A program made the position numbers and the translations under genes. DNA of 59,977 nucleotides, taken from positions 388,444-448,420 of the forward strand of contig JBNGIO010006285.1 of the NCBI GenBank assembly GCA_049999805.1, read 5' to 3'. Origin of the DNA: Folioceros fuciformis. Taxonomy: Eukaryota. The first letter of the stretch is position 1; each line of letters starts with the position of its first letter. This document shows positions 47,122 through 59,977 of this stretch, in pieces. The notes beneath the pieces were generated by a model. It saw nothing but the letters and a program-made list of their open reading frames with translations. It was not told the origin of the DNA and made no database searches.

Positions 47122-50100
47122 ATGGGCCCAGCAGCGAGGCAAGCAGCGCCGTCGCCTGATGAGGTCGATGCCCGGACGGTGTTTGTCCGAGATTTGCCTT
47201 TCACGCTCACCGATGCCCAGGTCAATTGCCCCTTTCTGTTGTGAATACATCGTTGCGTGTTTGGCAATGTGGTCATTGCTGTGCCTTTTGTTCTGTTCTC
47301 ATATGCATTTCGTCCTGCAGCTGGAGGAAGTCTTCAGTGAAGTGGGACCGGTTCGCCATTGCTTTACTGTCAAGGATAAGGGTATTGGTGTCCACGCCTT
47401 GGATGAGGCTTTCTCCCTGGGCTCTTGAGTTTCTAGTTTGACTGGCTGACTTTATCTGCCGTTCCACTGACTGATAACAGGCATGTCTCGCAGGGTCGGA
47501 GAAGAATCGAGGTTTTGGATTTGTACAATTGTGAGCACCCCTTTCGTTTGACGCTTACAATCTGTTTATGCTAGGGATTCGCTTGGTAGTAGTATTATTA
47601 ATTTGTAGTGGTGTTACGTTGCCAGTGCTGTGTCGGAAGATGCTGGCCGAGCGGTAGAGGCAAAAAATGGAGTATCGCTACAGGGCAGGAAGATGAAGGT
47701 TGAACTTGCTAAGCGTCGCGCCCCAATGGAGCAACGCCGGCCTCCAAAATCGAAAGGTAGCTATTACAGTGGTATGGTACAAGGACTGGAGGAAGTATTT
47801 TCTCATGGAGGCCCGATGGTTAGTGACTTGTTTGCATCTGCAGTCAGCGAGTATTTGAGTCTTCATTGTGCGGTGTAGATGAGAGCACCGGAGCAGAAGA
47901 TTCTGGTCCAGATGCTGTGCAACTTGAATCTGCTCAATTGGAAGTGGCCATTTCAAAGAGAAAACGAAAATCAAACGATGTGGAAGGAGCTGCAAGCAGT
48001 GAGAGCAAAGGGGCACTTGAACATAACGCCAAAAAGAAGAAATTGGGTATGGGTTTTTGTTTGCATGCCCTACACTTTTTGTAGTTCTGATTGTTAGTGC
48101 GCAAAGCTCATCCTGTGGTTTCGTTCTGTTTCAGAACCGCCTTTGCAGCTATCGTTAAAACAGCCCGGTCAGGGCAAGCGATCTCGTGAGGGTGAGGCAA
48201 GCTCCCGTGAGGCTGGGAAGAGCTCTGATAAACAGCGGTAATGGTGACTACAATCTAGTGTGGGCATTTTCTTTGACTGTCCTCAGTATCTCTTTCCTAC
48301 TTCTCTAACCTCCTAAAGTCCCAGAGTGTGTGATAATTGGGCATATCTCGTGTTGACATGGATCAGGCCAGCAAGGACAATAGTTGTTGGGGGCTTGACC
48401 ACACCTCAGATGAAAGATGCTGTGGTTGCAAAAGTGAAAAAGATTCATCCCACAGACATTCTCTGCACTCCCTTGACACAGCAAGAGCTTGGTAGCCATG
48501 GTATTGTAGGTGGACTTTACCGTCGGTGCTTTTTTTGGTGGTTGGTTAGTTCTAGAAAATCATCACCATGATATTCTGCAGTACTGCATTTGCGAAGTAT
48601 GTGATGTTTTTCTTTGTGTGCGTCCCATGGTAAGGAATGATGTAATGTTGCGGGTGTTATTGGGTGCAGGCCTGTCCAAGGATGGCTGCAAACCGGGTGC
48701 AATCTCTATGGTATTTCCATCTGTTCGTGCTGCACGTCAAGCTGTAGCAGCCCTCCACCACCAGCAGATTGGTGATGGCATAGTTTGGGCCCGCCAGCTT
48801 GGTGGTGAGGTACGTGCAGCTGTTCTCACTTTGTTTTCATGACATGCTGGCATACATATGTTTCTCAACACATACAGGTATTCATTATCTTTATTTTATG
48901 ATCACAGGGATCTAAGTTGAAGAAGTGGAGGCTGATAGTCCGCAACTTGCCTTTTTCCGTGAGTTTCCTTAGGCCATTTACTCACGTTGGAAGCTGTGCT
49001 TAAAGTACTTTCAGTCACCTGTGAATAAGGAGATGCCTCAATCTTGCAGGTTACAGAGTCAATGCTGCGTGAGCTCTTCACACCTGCTGGGTTTGTATGG
49101 GAGATCAGTATACCACGCAAGCCTGATGGCAAGTAAGCATGTGTATTCTGGTACCGTAGATGTGATTGGCAGATACAAGTACGCTTGAGTTTGATTTTTT
49201 TTTTTTTTTGTCACTTCTTTCAAATGGCTTTACGTTCCTGTCGCCCTGATTTGTCATTCTTGAGCTATGGCTCTGGCAGATCAAGAGGTTTTGCATTTGT
49301 TGGCTTCACTTGTAAAGCGGATGCAGAGAAGGTATGCAGCCGTGGTGAAACGTGTGATCCCCTTGTACGAGGAAGGGGGTCACTACGTCTGACATCTTCA
49401 CTATGTCTTAAACTGTCGTCTTTGACATGTTGCATGTTGGTTCAGGGCATAAGCAAGTTGAATATGAAGACCATTGAGAAGAGGCCGATTGCAGTAGACT
49501 GGGCAGTTGCTAAGAAGAACTACGAAAGTATTGCTGTTGCAGAATCATCAGGGGCATCCGGTTAGTTCTCCTACAGCTTGCACAAGATTTCATTTCGACA
49601 TGTGACTGGGAGCACTTCTTTCCCACCTCTTTTTTATGGTAGTTGAGTGTGAGAAACTCTGGTCGTCAGTAGGGCTTGCTGTAAGGGTGGTGTGATGTTC
49701 AATTTACCAGGAAAGGAGACTGAATCAGCTGTTCCCGTGGATGAGGAAGCCCTATTGGCAAGTGAAGAAAGTGAAGGCGAGGAAGAGGTAGAAGTGGAGC
49801 CCAAAATGAAGGAAAGAAACTTGGTCGAGGAAAGTGAAGAGGAGGAAGAAGCAGAAGAGGAGCCCAGAATGAAGAGGAAAAGAGACTTGGTCGATAATCC
49901 TCATGAAAGTATTGAACCAGTAATTACAGAGGGCAAAGAGAACAGCATATCGGATGCACATGATGAATCAGACATGATCAGGAACGTCATGAAAAAAGTA
50001 ATGTCATCTGATGTGGCAGAGTTTGTGCATCCTGATCATGGTGATGAAGATACTGACAAACTAGGAGTTAAAGATAACGTTCTTACCAGAAAAAAAAATC

Positions 50101-52605
50101 AAGAAGGGAAGGAAGTAACTGCAGTCTCTGCTGAAAATGCAGCTGATGCATTGAGGAGAACTGTGTTTGTGAGAAATCTGCCCCCCACTGTCAAAGTAGC
50201 AAATATGAAAAATAAGTTTTCAGTTTATGGACAGGTGGAGACTTTTCGATTGGTTTATGACAAGGAGACAAAGTAAGGCCTCCATCTCCTTCCCGAGAGC
50301 AGATGGCTTCAGAAGTGATTTCCATTAATATGCAGTTGTGTTGCATGGGTTTGTAGTGATGAAGGTGATTTGTGTTGTGGTAGACTGCCGAAGGGGACAG
50401 CTTTTATGCAGTTTGCTACAGTCGAAGCAGCAGATGCAGCTGTCGCTGCTTCAAAGGAGGGGGATGGAATCAACGTTGGTGGGAAGGTGCTTGTTTTAAG
50501 CATCGCTGTAGATCGGGAAGCTGCAAGGAATGCTGGGAAACCAGAAAAGAAAACAGGTGTAATTGTTGCGGGAGGCATGGGATTGGATAACATTGCAAGG
50601 ACAGTTTTCATTCGAAACCTTCCGACTGAAGTAAATGTTTCTGAACTGGGAGAGAAGCTCTCGGTGTTTGGAGAGGTGAAGGCAGTACGCCTGGTCCTCC
50701 ATCCAATCACCAAGTCAGTTCAAAACCTTACATCCCTTTCTCACAGCTTGTCAGAAGGCATTTTCTGTTCTGAAGTGTTTTGTCCGAGTTAACTGGTTTC
50801 GTCGCCATACTGCAGGAGGCCTAGAGGAACTGCTTTTCTAGAATTTGTGTCTGCTGAAGCAGCAAGTGCTGCTGAAGCAGCTGCCAGCAACAATGAGAAT
50901 GGACTAACCGGAGGAATTTTTGTTGGAGGAAGAGCTGTAAAAGTAAATGTAGCTGTCGGACAGCAAGCAGCCCGTGACATCGCAGTGAAGTTATCCAAGG
51001 AAGAGACAGGCGATCGACGTAACCTGCAGCTTGCGCAGGTACACGGATGACTGATTGAGACAGGCAGAGGATTGGTTGATGAGTGTTAGTTTTGCCATGC
51101 ATGCTAGGTTTTCAAAAACTAATCGCGCTCAAATCTTGAGAGCAGGAGGGAGCCATCTGGGAGGGCACTCCAGCTGCAGAAGGAGTGTCCAAGGCAGATA
51201 TTATGAAGCGGAAACAGTAAGTTGTTTCCCCTTTGGTTGGTTGTGAACAGTAGTGAGACAATTTTGTTCAGGAACGTGACCCGGTGCTGTGTCATGTAGG
51301 TTACAGCATGAGAAAACCACGAAACTCAGGAGCCCAAACTTCCATGTCTCAAGAACGCGGCTAGCAGCCCATAATATCCCAAAGACACTGTCAGAGAAAG
51401 AGCTGAAGAAGATGTTCATTGATGCTGTTTTATCTCGTGCTTCCAAGCAAAAGCCTGTGATTAAGCAGGTGTGGCTTTTCACATGTAACGTTATGCTCAA
51501 GCTGCCTGATTCTCAGTCTGTGCCGTTTCTTACTTGATAAGCCCTTGATTTCAGGTGAAGATCCTCAAAGATGTTACTAAGGCGGGTGACACGAAGGCTC
51601 GTGGCACAGCATTTGTGGAGTTCACAGAGCATCAACATGCCCTCGTCGCCCTTCGTGCTTTAAATAACAATCCAAGTATTGCTCTGTTCGTCCGTAGTCT
51701 CACCTATATAGCTAGTGGGAGGCTTGTTCCTAAGTTTACACGGAACAACTCTCTGCAAGATCTTGAATGTCACGCACTCATTTGTACATCTTCTGATTTG
51801 TGCAGATGTGTTTGGAGTTGAGCATCGGCTAATAGTTGAATTTGCGATCGAGAGTGTAAAAGCTCTTAGAAAACGTGAGGAGCGTGTGGCTGCTGCCAAA
51901 AAAATCACCAGTAAGAAGGATGTTAACAGGCGCAGAGGGCCTGCAAACCTTGGACCCGAAACGCACCTGCAGGAGAAGGCTACCGATGCGAAAGAGGGAA
52001 GCGCACATGGAGAGAAAGGTAAGAGAAAGATAGCTCTCAAACGAAAGCGCCAGCCAACAGAGGCTGCAATCTCTGTTGCAGATGTAAGCACCAGGGGAGA
52101 GCCGGTGGGAAAAAAAAGCAAGAGAGGGCGAAAAGGTCGAGATACGAGTGCAAGTGCAAGCCAAACAGGCGCGCCTGTGGCATCTGTTGAGTTCAAGTCC
52201 GTGGTTGAAAGGGTGGGGAAAGCGGATGGCCAAGACGTCCCAAGAAAGAAGCCCCGCATCGAGGTATTTGATTTTTGTGTCAGTTCACGGCGGTGTCAAG
52301 TCCTGACAGTTGCAAGTGAACCAAGTACTATAGACGTGTGTTGTGTGGATCACATGAGTTTGCATTGCTGAACTGCTTGCGCTGGTTGTTGCTTGCAGCG
52401 CCAAAAGCATCAGAAGCCAAGGATACCTCTGAACGAAGCATCTCGGCGTGAGAGGAAACAGAAAACTCGAGGATTGAGACCCGACGAAGACAGGCTGGAT
52501 CAGCTTGTGGCGGAGTATCGGTCTAAGTACTTCTCGGCTGGCCAGGGACGTGGAAAGGCGAGAGGAAAGACTACTGAGGATGACTTCAGGAGATGGTTTG
52601 AGTAG
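47122..52605 (+). CDS. RBM28: Nucleolar multi-RRM protein RBM28/NOP4-like; possible upstream start exon at 46972
   Basis: RTVFVRDLPF, KWRLIVRNLPF, SRGFAFVGF, RPIAVDWAVAK, acidic linker, DRRNLQLAQEG, KLRSPNFHVSRTRL, AFVEFTEHQHALVALRALNNNP, RLIVEFAIES, terminal RRWFE*. Confidence 0.93.
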
Positions 52606-52833
52606 ACGGGTTGCGGATCTCTGTTTGAGCGTCAGCAATGGTTACGTGTATACAAAGTTCGTCTCCTGATTTCCTCTGCGTAATTTAGAGTTGCCGCGCT
52701 ATTAGTCAATAGATCGGCCTTTCCAACGTAATCCAGCCAGTTAATTCACGGTTCTTAAATTACGTTTCGTCGCCAAATGTTCGGCTTTTCTGTGGAGGTT
52801 TGAACTTAAGATGGCTCTTAAACGCCAAGAATC

Positions 52834-54292
52834 TTAAGAGCTGGCTCTCCGAGGAGTACAGCCTTGCAAGGGAAGGCTCGGCTCCAGATACTGTCCTGCA
52901 AGGAAGGCTCTTCCCACAATGCTGTAGAAAGCTTCAGTGAAGTGTATACCATCCCAGTTCACATATTCTGATGGGTTGGAGCAGACTGGGGTTTGCACCA
53001 GCACACCGTTTTCGTATCTGGTGGATCCGCAAACGAATCCCAAGTCAAAATTGTAGAGTCCTCCTTGGCCGCAGCAAGCATCGAAAGTGTCCTTAAATCC
53101 TGGAAAAGCCATCGAAGAAACCCAGGAGTAAGGTAGGTCAAGTTTGAATCTGGCTAGAGCTTGCGGATGCCAAAATATGCTTACCATACTTGCCCGAATC
53201 CGTCAGGATATCGATATAGACTTGGAAATAATCAGCAAAAATAAGTGTGGCTCCAGGGAGTGTTTGGCGGAGGGACTGCACAGCTTCGTGCAGAAGGCTG
53301 TTGTAGGTCTTGACTACAGCGTTGAGTGGAGCCAGGCAGCCAAGCTTGTCATAATCTTCAGGGGCTCCTGGTAACAGCGTAAGAAAGAAGGTACAACAGC
53401 CTTGAGGTGGGATGCTCTGCACAAGGAAGTTCCTTGCTCCTGTCTGGTACAGAGCCTGCGCAGACGGAAACACAGAATGAATCACATTCATCTTCTGATT
53501 CTGGAGAGAGGGTAACGAAGCAGCAAAGCAACAGGCATACCTCCACAGCAGTCACAACGCTTTCAAGTATCGTGGGAAGGTACTCAACACACTGGCCAAA
53601 CGTGCTCCCCTCTGCGAGCTTGTCCTTCAAGTCATTCCCACCGATGGAGACTACATACAAAGCGTCACGGAATGCTGCAGCATCGAGAGACGGATACTGC
53701 ACCCCTGGCACAAACGCAGCCTCGGTCACTTTCTTTTTGAAAGCCTTGAACTGGCTGACCTGCACCGGGAGATTGAACGGCGTGAAAGCGATGCCTGACG
53801 GGGTCACTGCCACCGCCCCCGCAGCTGCGAAGTTGGCTCCGTGCTCGAAATTCGACTTCACGCTCTCCAGGTAAGGGCTGAGAAACGGGAGATTCAGCCC
53901 ATGGGCTGCCAGGGCAAGCACAACAAACACCTCCAATCGCTCAGCTCCAGCTCCCTCATTTCCCCCCAACAGGACCAGACAGCCCGCCAGGCAACCGCCG
54001 ACACGCAGAAGCCGGGCTTACCAAGAAAGTCGATCACAAGGCGGCCGTCACTATTCCGGCTGGACGAGGCGTTGAAGAAAGTCATGCCGTAGGGCAGATT
54101 CTCGGAATTGGAGGTGGCTGGGAAGGCGGCCACCTGATTCCCCGTGTCCGCCAGAGAGTCCCCGAAACTGAACAAAGTCGGGTAGCATGTGCCGCCAATA
54201 GGCGTGACGGCTCCACCCGAGCTCACGACCCGGAGTTGCCATGCCAGAAGCAGGCCAATGCAGCTCAGAGTGGTGCTGATGCTGCAGGCCAT
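52834..54292 (-). CDS. Secreted GDSL esterase/lipase (4 exons)
   Basis: Signal peptide; [51 protein letters not shown]. Confidence 0.95.
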
Positions 54293-55077
54293 GGCTGCCA
54301 AACCTCCTCGTCCTCCCCCTCCGCCTCCCCTTCCCCTTCCCCCTTGTTGTCTGAAAACTAATGAAGACGATCCGAAACGCCTCAAAAGAAAGTACTCTTC
54401 ATCTGCACTCGCAAAGGCTTTCTCTCACTCAGCCCACCAGCGAGCTCCCTCTCGCCCATCTTTCTCTACTTGTGCCAGAGGCACGACCCTACCGCACCAC
54501 CGTACTGTATTATGACAGTGACGCATCTGTCGCCCGAGCCTTGACTCCTTCGCTGTTCGCCGACACAGCCTTACATCACTTCCTCTTTGCACATCAAATG
54601 TTCGGCCATCACAAAACACAGAGAGGCGCAGTGTGCCTCGTGATAATGTGAGATGGGAGTGAGACTTCACTTTGACACTAGGACGGCATTGGCTTCCACG
54701 CCAGGACGAGCCACCCACAGTAGGCCTTTGAGAATTGCAATGGCGAGCTGTAGAATCGATCGGCCTTAAAGCGTCGCGCTGGAGGGAAACAACAGTTGGC
54801 CTTCTAATTACAACAGCCTTGTTCTGAATCGCCTTGGCATCCCAAAGTTCGCAGCACACACTTTTTGTGACTTCGTGTGTACCATATGTATTAAGTTCAC
54901 TCCCCCGATGGATCTTTGCAGAACCAAGTACAAATTCTCCCTTTATTCTTTCTCATGAGTTTAGCCGGCCGTTCCTCTGTCCGCGGCTCTCTCTGCCATG
55001 GAAGTATCACGAGTGTAAGAAAATGTACATCGCTGGCTTGGGCCTTGGGAAGGATGGAAGCCGAAGGAAAGGCATGT

Positions 55078-57666
55078 TTAGAAGAAAGCTCGGGACTTAT
55101 CCTTTATAACCTTGCGTTTTTTTCTGCGCCTCGAAACCTTCACTGGGCCTGCTTGGACGTTGTCCGAATCTCGTACTACAGTGTGAGACAGCCGCTTTTT
55201 GTTCTCAGATCCGTGTGCCGGCATCGTGCCATTTGGAGATGGACTGGCAGTCTCCGTCGCAGACCCCGTTGTCTGAGTTGCTGCACTTCCAAAACTCTCT
55301 ACAGCCTCGCCACTCACACCACCGTCTGCGTCTTGTGTCACAGGCTGAAGAAGGGACCGCTTTTTACCCTCAGCTCTCAGTGCAGGTGTGGCGCCACTTG
55401 TAAGGCTTAGAGTGTCCGTCGCAGAGTCCTGGCGCGCCTCTGTGATTGTTGCCTGTGAAGGTGCTGTGCCTACGTCCTGGGCAGCCTCCACTTTTCGGAC
55501 ACAACCCTTGCGTATAAGAATCGCAGAGTGCTTGAAAAGGCCTTGGCCCCACAGGTCAACCGTTTTCTGAGGGCGTCCACTTGAATCCTGGCACGCCACA
55601 AGTGTAAGCCGATGGAAGGAAAGAACAGGATGAAGTGTTACAGCGGCGTGGCAAACGACTGCATTCACCTCTCCAAGTTCACCAACTAGTTGCTCAAACA
55701 CTTGATCAGCAAGCTCCGGACTTTCGAACTTGGCTAGTGCCTTTCGACTTTTGGAACTTCCCTCAACCATCTGCGCACGAAGTTCCCCGTTACAGAGGAC
55801 CACAAGCCAGGGGGCCACATGCCTGGCATAACGCAATGCAAAATTGAGGGAGGGATGAATTCTACTAAACGTACTTCTACGGCACAGGAAATGTCTCTCG
55901 GAAAAAGTCGTCGAAGAATACTCGGACTCGCAGCAGCTGGTAACTTGTGAAGCAGCAGACTTGGTGCCACGATATCTACAGCCTTGAATAAAGTGAACCG
56001 GAGACGTTGGCACACTAAGCATAATGGACAAAACCAAAGAAATATTGATGACACATGTATGCCATGGAGACGTACAGATTCTTGCGGAAGCTCCAGCTCG
56101 CTCAGACCATGCTCAACTGCGTGGAGAACAAGCCGCATAGGAATAATTGCATCGAGAACGCAGTCATGTGCTGTTTCCTTCTCTCTGAAGAAATAGCCCA
56201 ATACAGCCTGCAATTTGAGAACACACCCAAGCGAGTGTTAATAGTTCACAGCACCTGGATACCATTGGGGGTACACATTGCGATCGTAAGAATCTTCACG
56301 AGGATGAAAACATAATTGAGATCTAACATCAGACCGAACCTTGCATAAGTCATTCAGCCCTATTCTACGGGGTTTGCCGCTGTTGAATATCAATGATGTA
56401 TCAATGATCCTCCTATACTCCACTCGGAGCACTGCCATCAGTAGACAACATTAGAACACGCTTGAAACAACCAACCATGTTTGAAACACATACGACCGAC
56501 ATAGCCAACTCCGGCTAAAGCTACTAACCCTCTAAGTCATGGTTTACGCTGTGTCCAACAAGGATTACGCCTGGCTCAAGCAGCTCTTTCAACCGTCTCT
56601 GCAAATTTCCAGCATTCGAGAGTCATGATACGCACCATATCCGAGCTTCCAGAGGTGAAGTGCATGGGTCCAAGAGGAAATACCTGCGCGTCAACCCGAG
56701 AGAACGTGCATTCTTCTAAAGAATCTGCAGTTATTCCAGTTATGGATGTCAAGTAGTCCTTTATTTCCACATCTGGCTTTACCAGTGTGTCCAACAAGAC
56801 CTACACAGCAGCACAGAATATGTCACTTCATGCCTCCATAGCTCAGGTCAAACATATAACCAAAAACTGGACGTATGCGTGGGGCACACACAGATAACCA
56901 TACGTTGCAGTCCCTATCCACTACACACATCTTCAAAAGATGCTGACGATTGTCAACCCCAATGCCCATCTCGCAGTCCAGAGAGATGAGCCTCTCCGGC
57001 ACACTGGCATCGGACGGACTGCCCTCCTTGATATACACCCAATCCTGTCAGATGGCTACTCCCAAATCAGGTCAAATCTTGTAAATTTTCAAACTGCAGC
57101 TAGGCACCAACAGCCAGACTGTACCTCCGTGTATGAAGGGAAAGAAAACGACTTCAGGTAACAGGGATGCTCTTGGGTCAATTCCACCAGTTTCTGAACA
57201 GCAGACAGGCCTGCGCATCAGGTTCTGCCCTTTTTGTCACTCCCAAAACCCTGGGAACATAAGCACCCACCTGTTCTGGAGACGCCGCCCAGTTCACTTT
57301 CCTGCGTATATGGTTCCGGGCACGCCATTTCCTGATTCTCTTCACTACCTGCTCAGGTCCTCACGGGTCATCTCCTGTGGTGAAGGGGAAAAATAACAAG
57401 ACTCGCCACATGCGACGTAGATCAACCTCAATGTCCTCCTCTTGGACGAAAGAGCGCACAAAACGTTGCAGAACCTTCCAGTCACGCCTAGCTGGATCAT
57501 CACCATTGGCCTTTCCCTTGTCCACGACTCGGCGCAGGAATTCTTTCCAATCACCGTGCGCACCCACAATCTTGCGGTGCTGTGCCAGCTTAACAATCTG
57601 TACCAAAAATTCTGCATCTGCTTGCGTGAAACCCGTCAAATACTTGGATTTCTGCTGCTCGCCCAT
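55078..57666 (-). CDS. SDN: Small RNA degrading nuclease (DEDDh exonuclease plus RRM-like domain); 3' end uncertain, may extend to about 54897
   Basis: N-terminal LVQIVKLAQHRKIVGAHGDWKEFL; ExoI LDCEM; DYLTSITGIT; ExoII ILVGHSVNHDL; IIDTSLIF; ExoIII HDCVLDA. Confidence 0.9.
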
Positions 57667-58027
57667 CTGCTTCCTGCTCAGGGTTTTGCTAAACCCTGCA
57701 TCCAAGAACTACGCCACATTGCTGAACCAAGGGGAACGACGCCTGATGAGGTGACGTGTATATGAAATAAATACGTGACAGTTAGCTGGCGAAAGAGGTC
57801 CGATTCAATAAGCCCTAGTAGTAACGCCCCCTTCCTTACGCAAGCAACGGCCTCGAATCTCGTCCACTCACTCCGTACTCCAGTTACAAATCACTCACTC
57901 CCTTCCAGCACTAGGCTCCAAGTACCCCGCTGTTCACTGAACGGCTCGCAAACCATCCTCTAGGTGTTGCTCTTTATTCCAATACTTACAAAAGAGTCTG
58001 CCTATCTACGCCCCACTGGTTACTGTC

Positions 58028-58127
58028 TTAGACTCAATCTGATAAGCTTGCTCTCCACAACTATGTCTCAAGGTTATTGCCTTAGACTCAATCTGACAAG
58101 CTTGCTCTCCACAACTATGTCTCAAGG
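58028..58127. repeat. 55-bp tandem duplication
   Basis: ttagactcaatctga(t/c)aagcttgctctccacaactatgtctcaagg twice. Confidence 0.88.
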
Positions 58128-58769
58128 CTAAACTTCTCACTATCTCTGTCTCTTTCCTTGTATTAAATGTATATCCTTAAGACTTTAACACTAGCCTATT
58201 TTTACTCTACAGCTAAGCCACTCCTAAAGCTGGGAATGATACACACCACTCATCTCAAAATACTAATGGTCATTACAACTCCATCCTTCTTAAGAGGTTT
58301 TGCCCACACATCTTGTTTCCAAAGGCAACAAGAAGCATACTTGCTTCTTTATCAAGGCAGCTCTAGATTTAGCTTTCACCTTTCTACTTCTAGCTCTCAC
58401 TTTATTTCACTTTTACCATTACTCTAGTGATGTTGCTAGAAGTGTAGACATTTGACTCGATTAATAGAAGTGTGCAAAAGCGTAGGAAGTGTTAGAAGTG
58501 TGTAGGGTTCGAGCAACACATCTAATTTGTATTAGAGGTATAATTATAGGTTGCCTCGAGACAAATTATCTTTCTAGCAAATAGGCATAAGTCTATATAA
58601 GTGTGTAAGGACTACCTGTCATGAATAACTTGTCCAAGGACTGACCTTGGGATTTCTTGTTTTCTAGCATGAAGGCTATACAAAGAAATTCTTCACCTTT
58701 TTCTTCTTCACCTTTTTCTCCATAGTTTTCTTCTGATTTCGCATCTTCATACTTATGTCCATCGTTGTA

Positions 58770-59045
58770 GAATCTTCATCCTTATGCAAGGAGGGCTGGT
58801 CAATCTTCATTACCATCCAAGCAAGATTGGTATATCCTCACCGCTATGCAAGGAGGACTGGCTAATATGCAAGGACTGCTAGTCCACATAGATTTATAGG
58901 GAAGCAAGAAACGACAAGTCTTCATCCCTACATCCAATCCTATGCAAAGAGAACTACCCAATCTTCACCCCTATGCAATGAGGACTAATAAATCTTCATC
59001 CCTACGCAAGAAGAGTTGGCTAGTCAATCTTCATCCCTAGGGAAG
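58770..59045. repeat. Degenerate array of aatcttcatccctatgcaag-like units
   Basis: Motif recurs about 7 times with variable spacing. Confidence 0.7.
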
Positions 59046-59169
59046 GAACACTAGTTGACACAATTTATAAGTGTGGATAAGCGGGTGTGGTATCCCTATT
59101 AGGCACCCACTTACATGTATCGTGGCCACATCAATCCCACGGTCGTTGTAGGCTTCCCCGGAATCACTC

Positions 59170-59690
59170 CCCTCTGAGCCTGGTCAGCTACGTCTATTGT
59201 TCCCCTACAATAGTCAACACTTCCAATCATGTGTCTACCAATCCTGCAACACGTCCAAATAGTGGAAGGGCACCATTCCCTCATTTAGAAGGACCCCAAT
59301 ACTCCCCCCTACCGATTTCTACCTGCTTACACTCAATACCCTTTCCTCACAAGGCTCTCTACGACGCCTTCCTCAACCCAACAATCTAGCCACTCGTCTC
59401 CCTACATCCAATGACCAACAACTTTCCTCCGAGCCTGGTTAGCTCCCTCCACCTATGTTTATCGTTCACCTAAGACATTCAACCTTCCCTAGCGCGTACC
59501 TTCAACACGTCCAATCAATAGGAAGGCACCATTCCTTCACTTGGAAGGGCCCCAGTACCTCCCCCTACCGATTTCTAACTACCTACACCCAATACCCCTT
59601 TCCTCACAAGCCTCCTTATAACACCTTCCACAACGATCCAACTGCTCGTCTCCCTACGTCCAACGACCAACAAGTTTTTCCTTGGGCCGA
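59170..59690. repeat. Diverged tandem duplication of about 250 bp (probable TE remnant)
   Basis: ggcaccattcc, ccccctaccgatttcta, aataccctttcctcacaag and tcgtctccctac each occur twice about 240-250 bp apart. Confidence 0.8.
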
Positions 59691-59977
59691 TTGTTGTGTG
59701 CTTGTGCTTGTAAGCAAGAACTTCCAGGGAGTCTTTCCCTGGAGTCTTAACAAATAAACTTGTTTATATTAAGAATAATATTGTTGATTACATTGTATGT
59801 ATCAAGAAGAGCTTAAGACATATGTTGAAATGACGTTGTAGCTCTAACTTAAACTGTTCGCTATAAGTCGCAACCCTAGCGAATGCGCACTTAATAATTA
59901 TTTATTCTAAGTACCCCTATAAACCACTATATATGTGCCTTTAATTGGCTAGATATTATCAACACTATCTCTTAACA

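Overview
Gene-dense eukaryotic nuclear DNA from a non-flowering land plant, most likely a hornwort. This is inferred from introns of about 60-200 bp, a phenylalanine hydroxylase, and long intronless PLS-class PPR genes, one with elongated L motifs. Host genes in order: exosome subunit RRP46 (+), RRP7-like (-), HCF136/Ycf48 (+), tRNA-Leu(CAG), mitochondrial EF-Ts (-), ABCB28-like half transporter (+), an intronless and highly divergent TBP-fold gene (-), PLS-E+ PPR (+), NOL11/Utp8-like (-), an orphan 214-aa ORF (+), PLS-E+ PPR with long-L motifs (-), LQY1 (-), phenylalanine hydroxylase (+), organellar RRF (-), RBM28/NOP4 (+), GDSL lipase (-) and SDN exonuclease (-). A decayed Copia element spans 8167-12957, with GAGTG target-site duplications, TG...TA termini and an apparently spliced antisense gene. 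Repeat-rich blocks lie at 0.6-2.5 kb, 33-37 kb (two 10-N gaps) and 58-60 kb. The best candidate for undescribed biology is the TBP-related factor at 23732-24715. All calls come from reading the sequence; no searches were run, and exon boundaries are manual.
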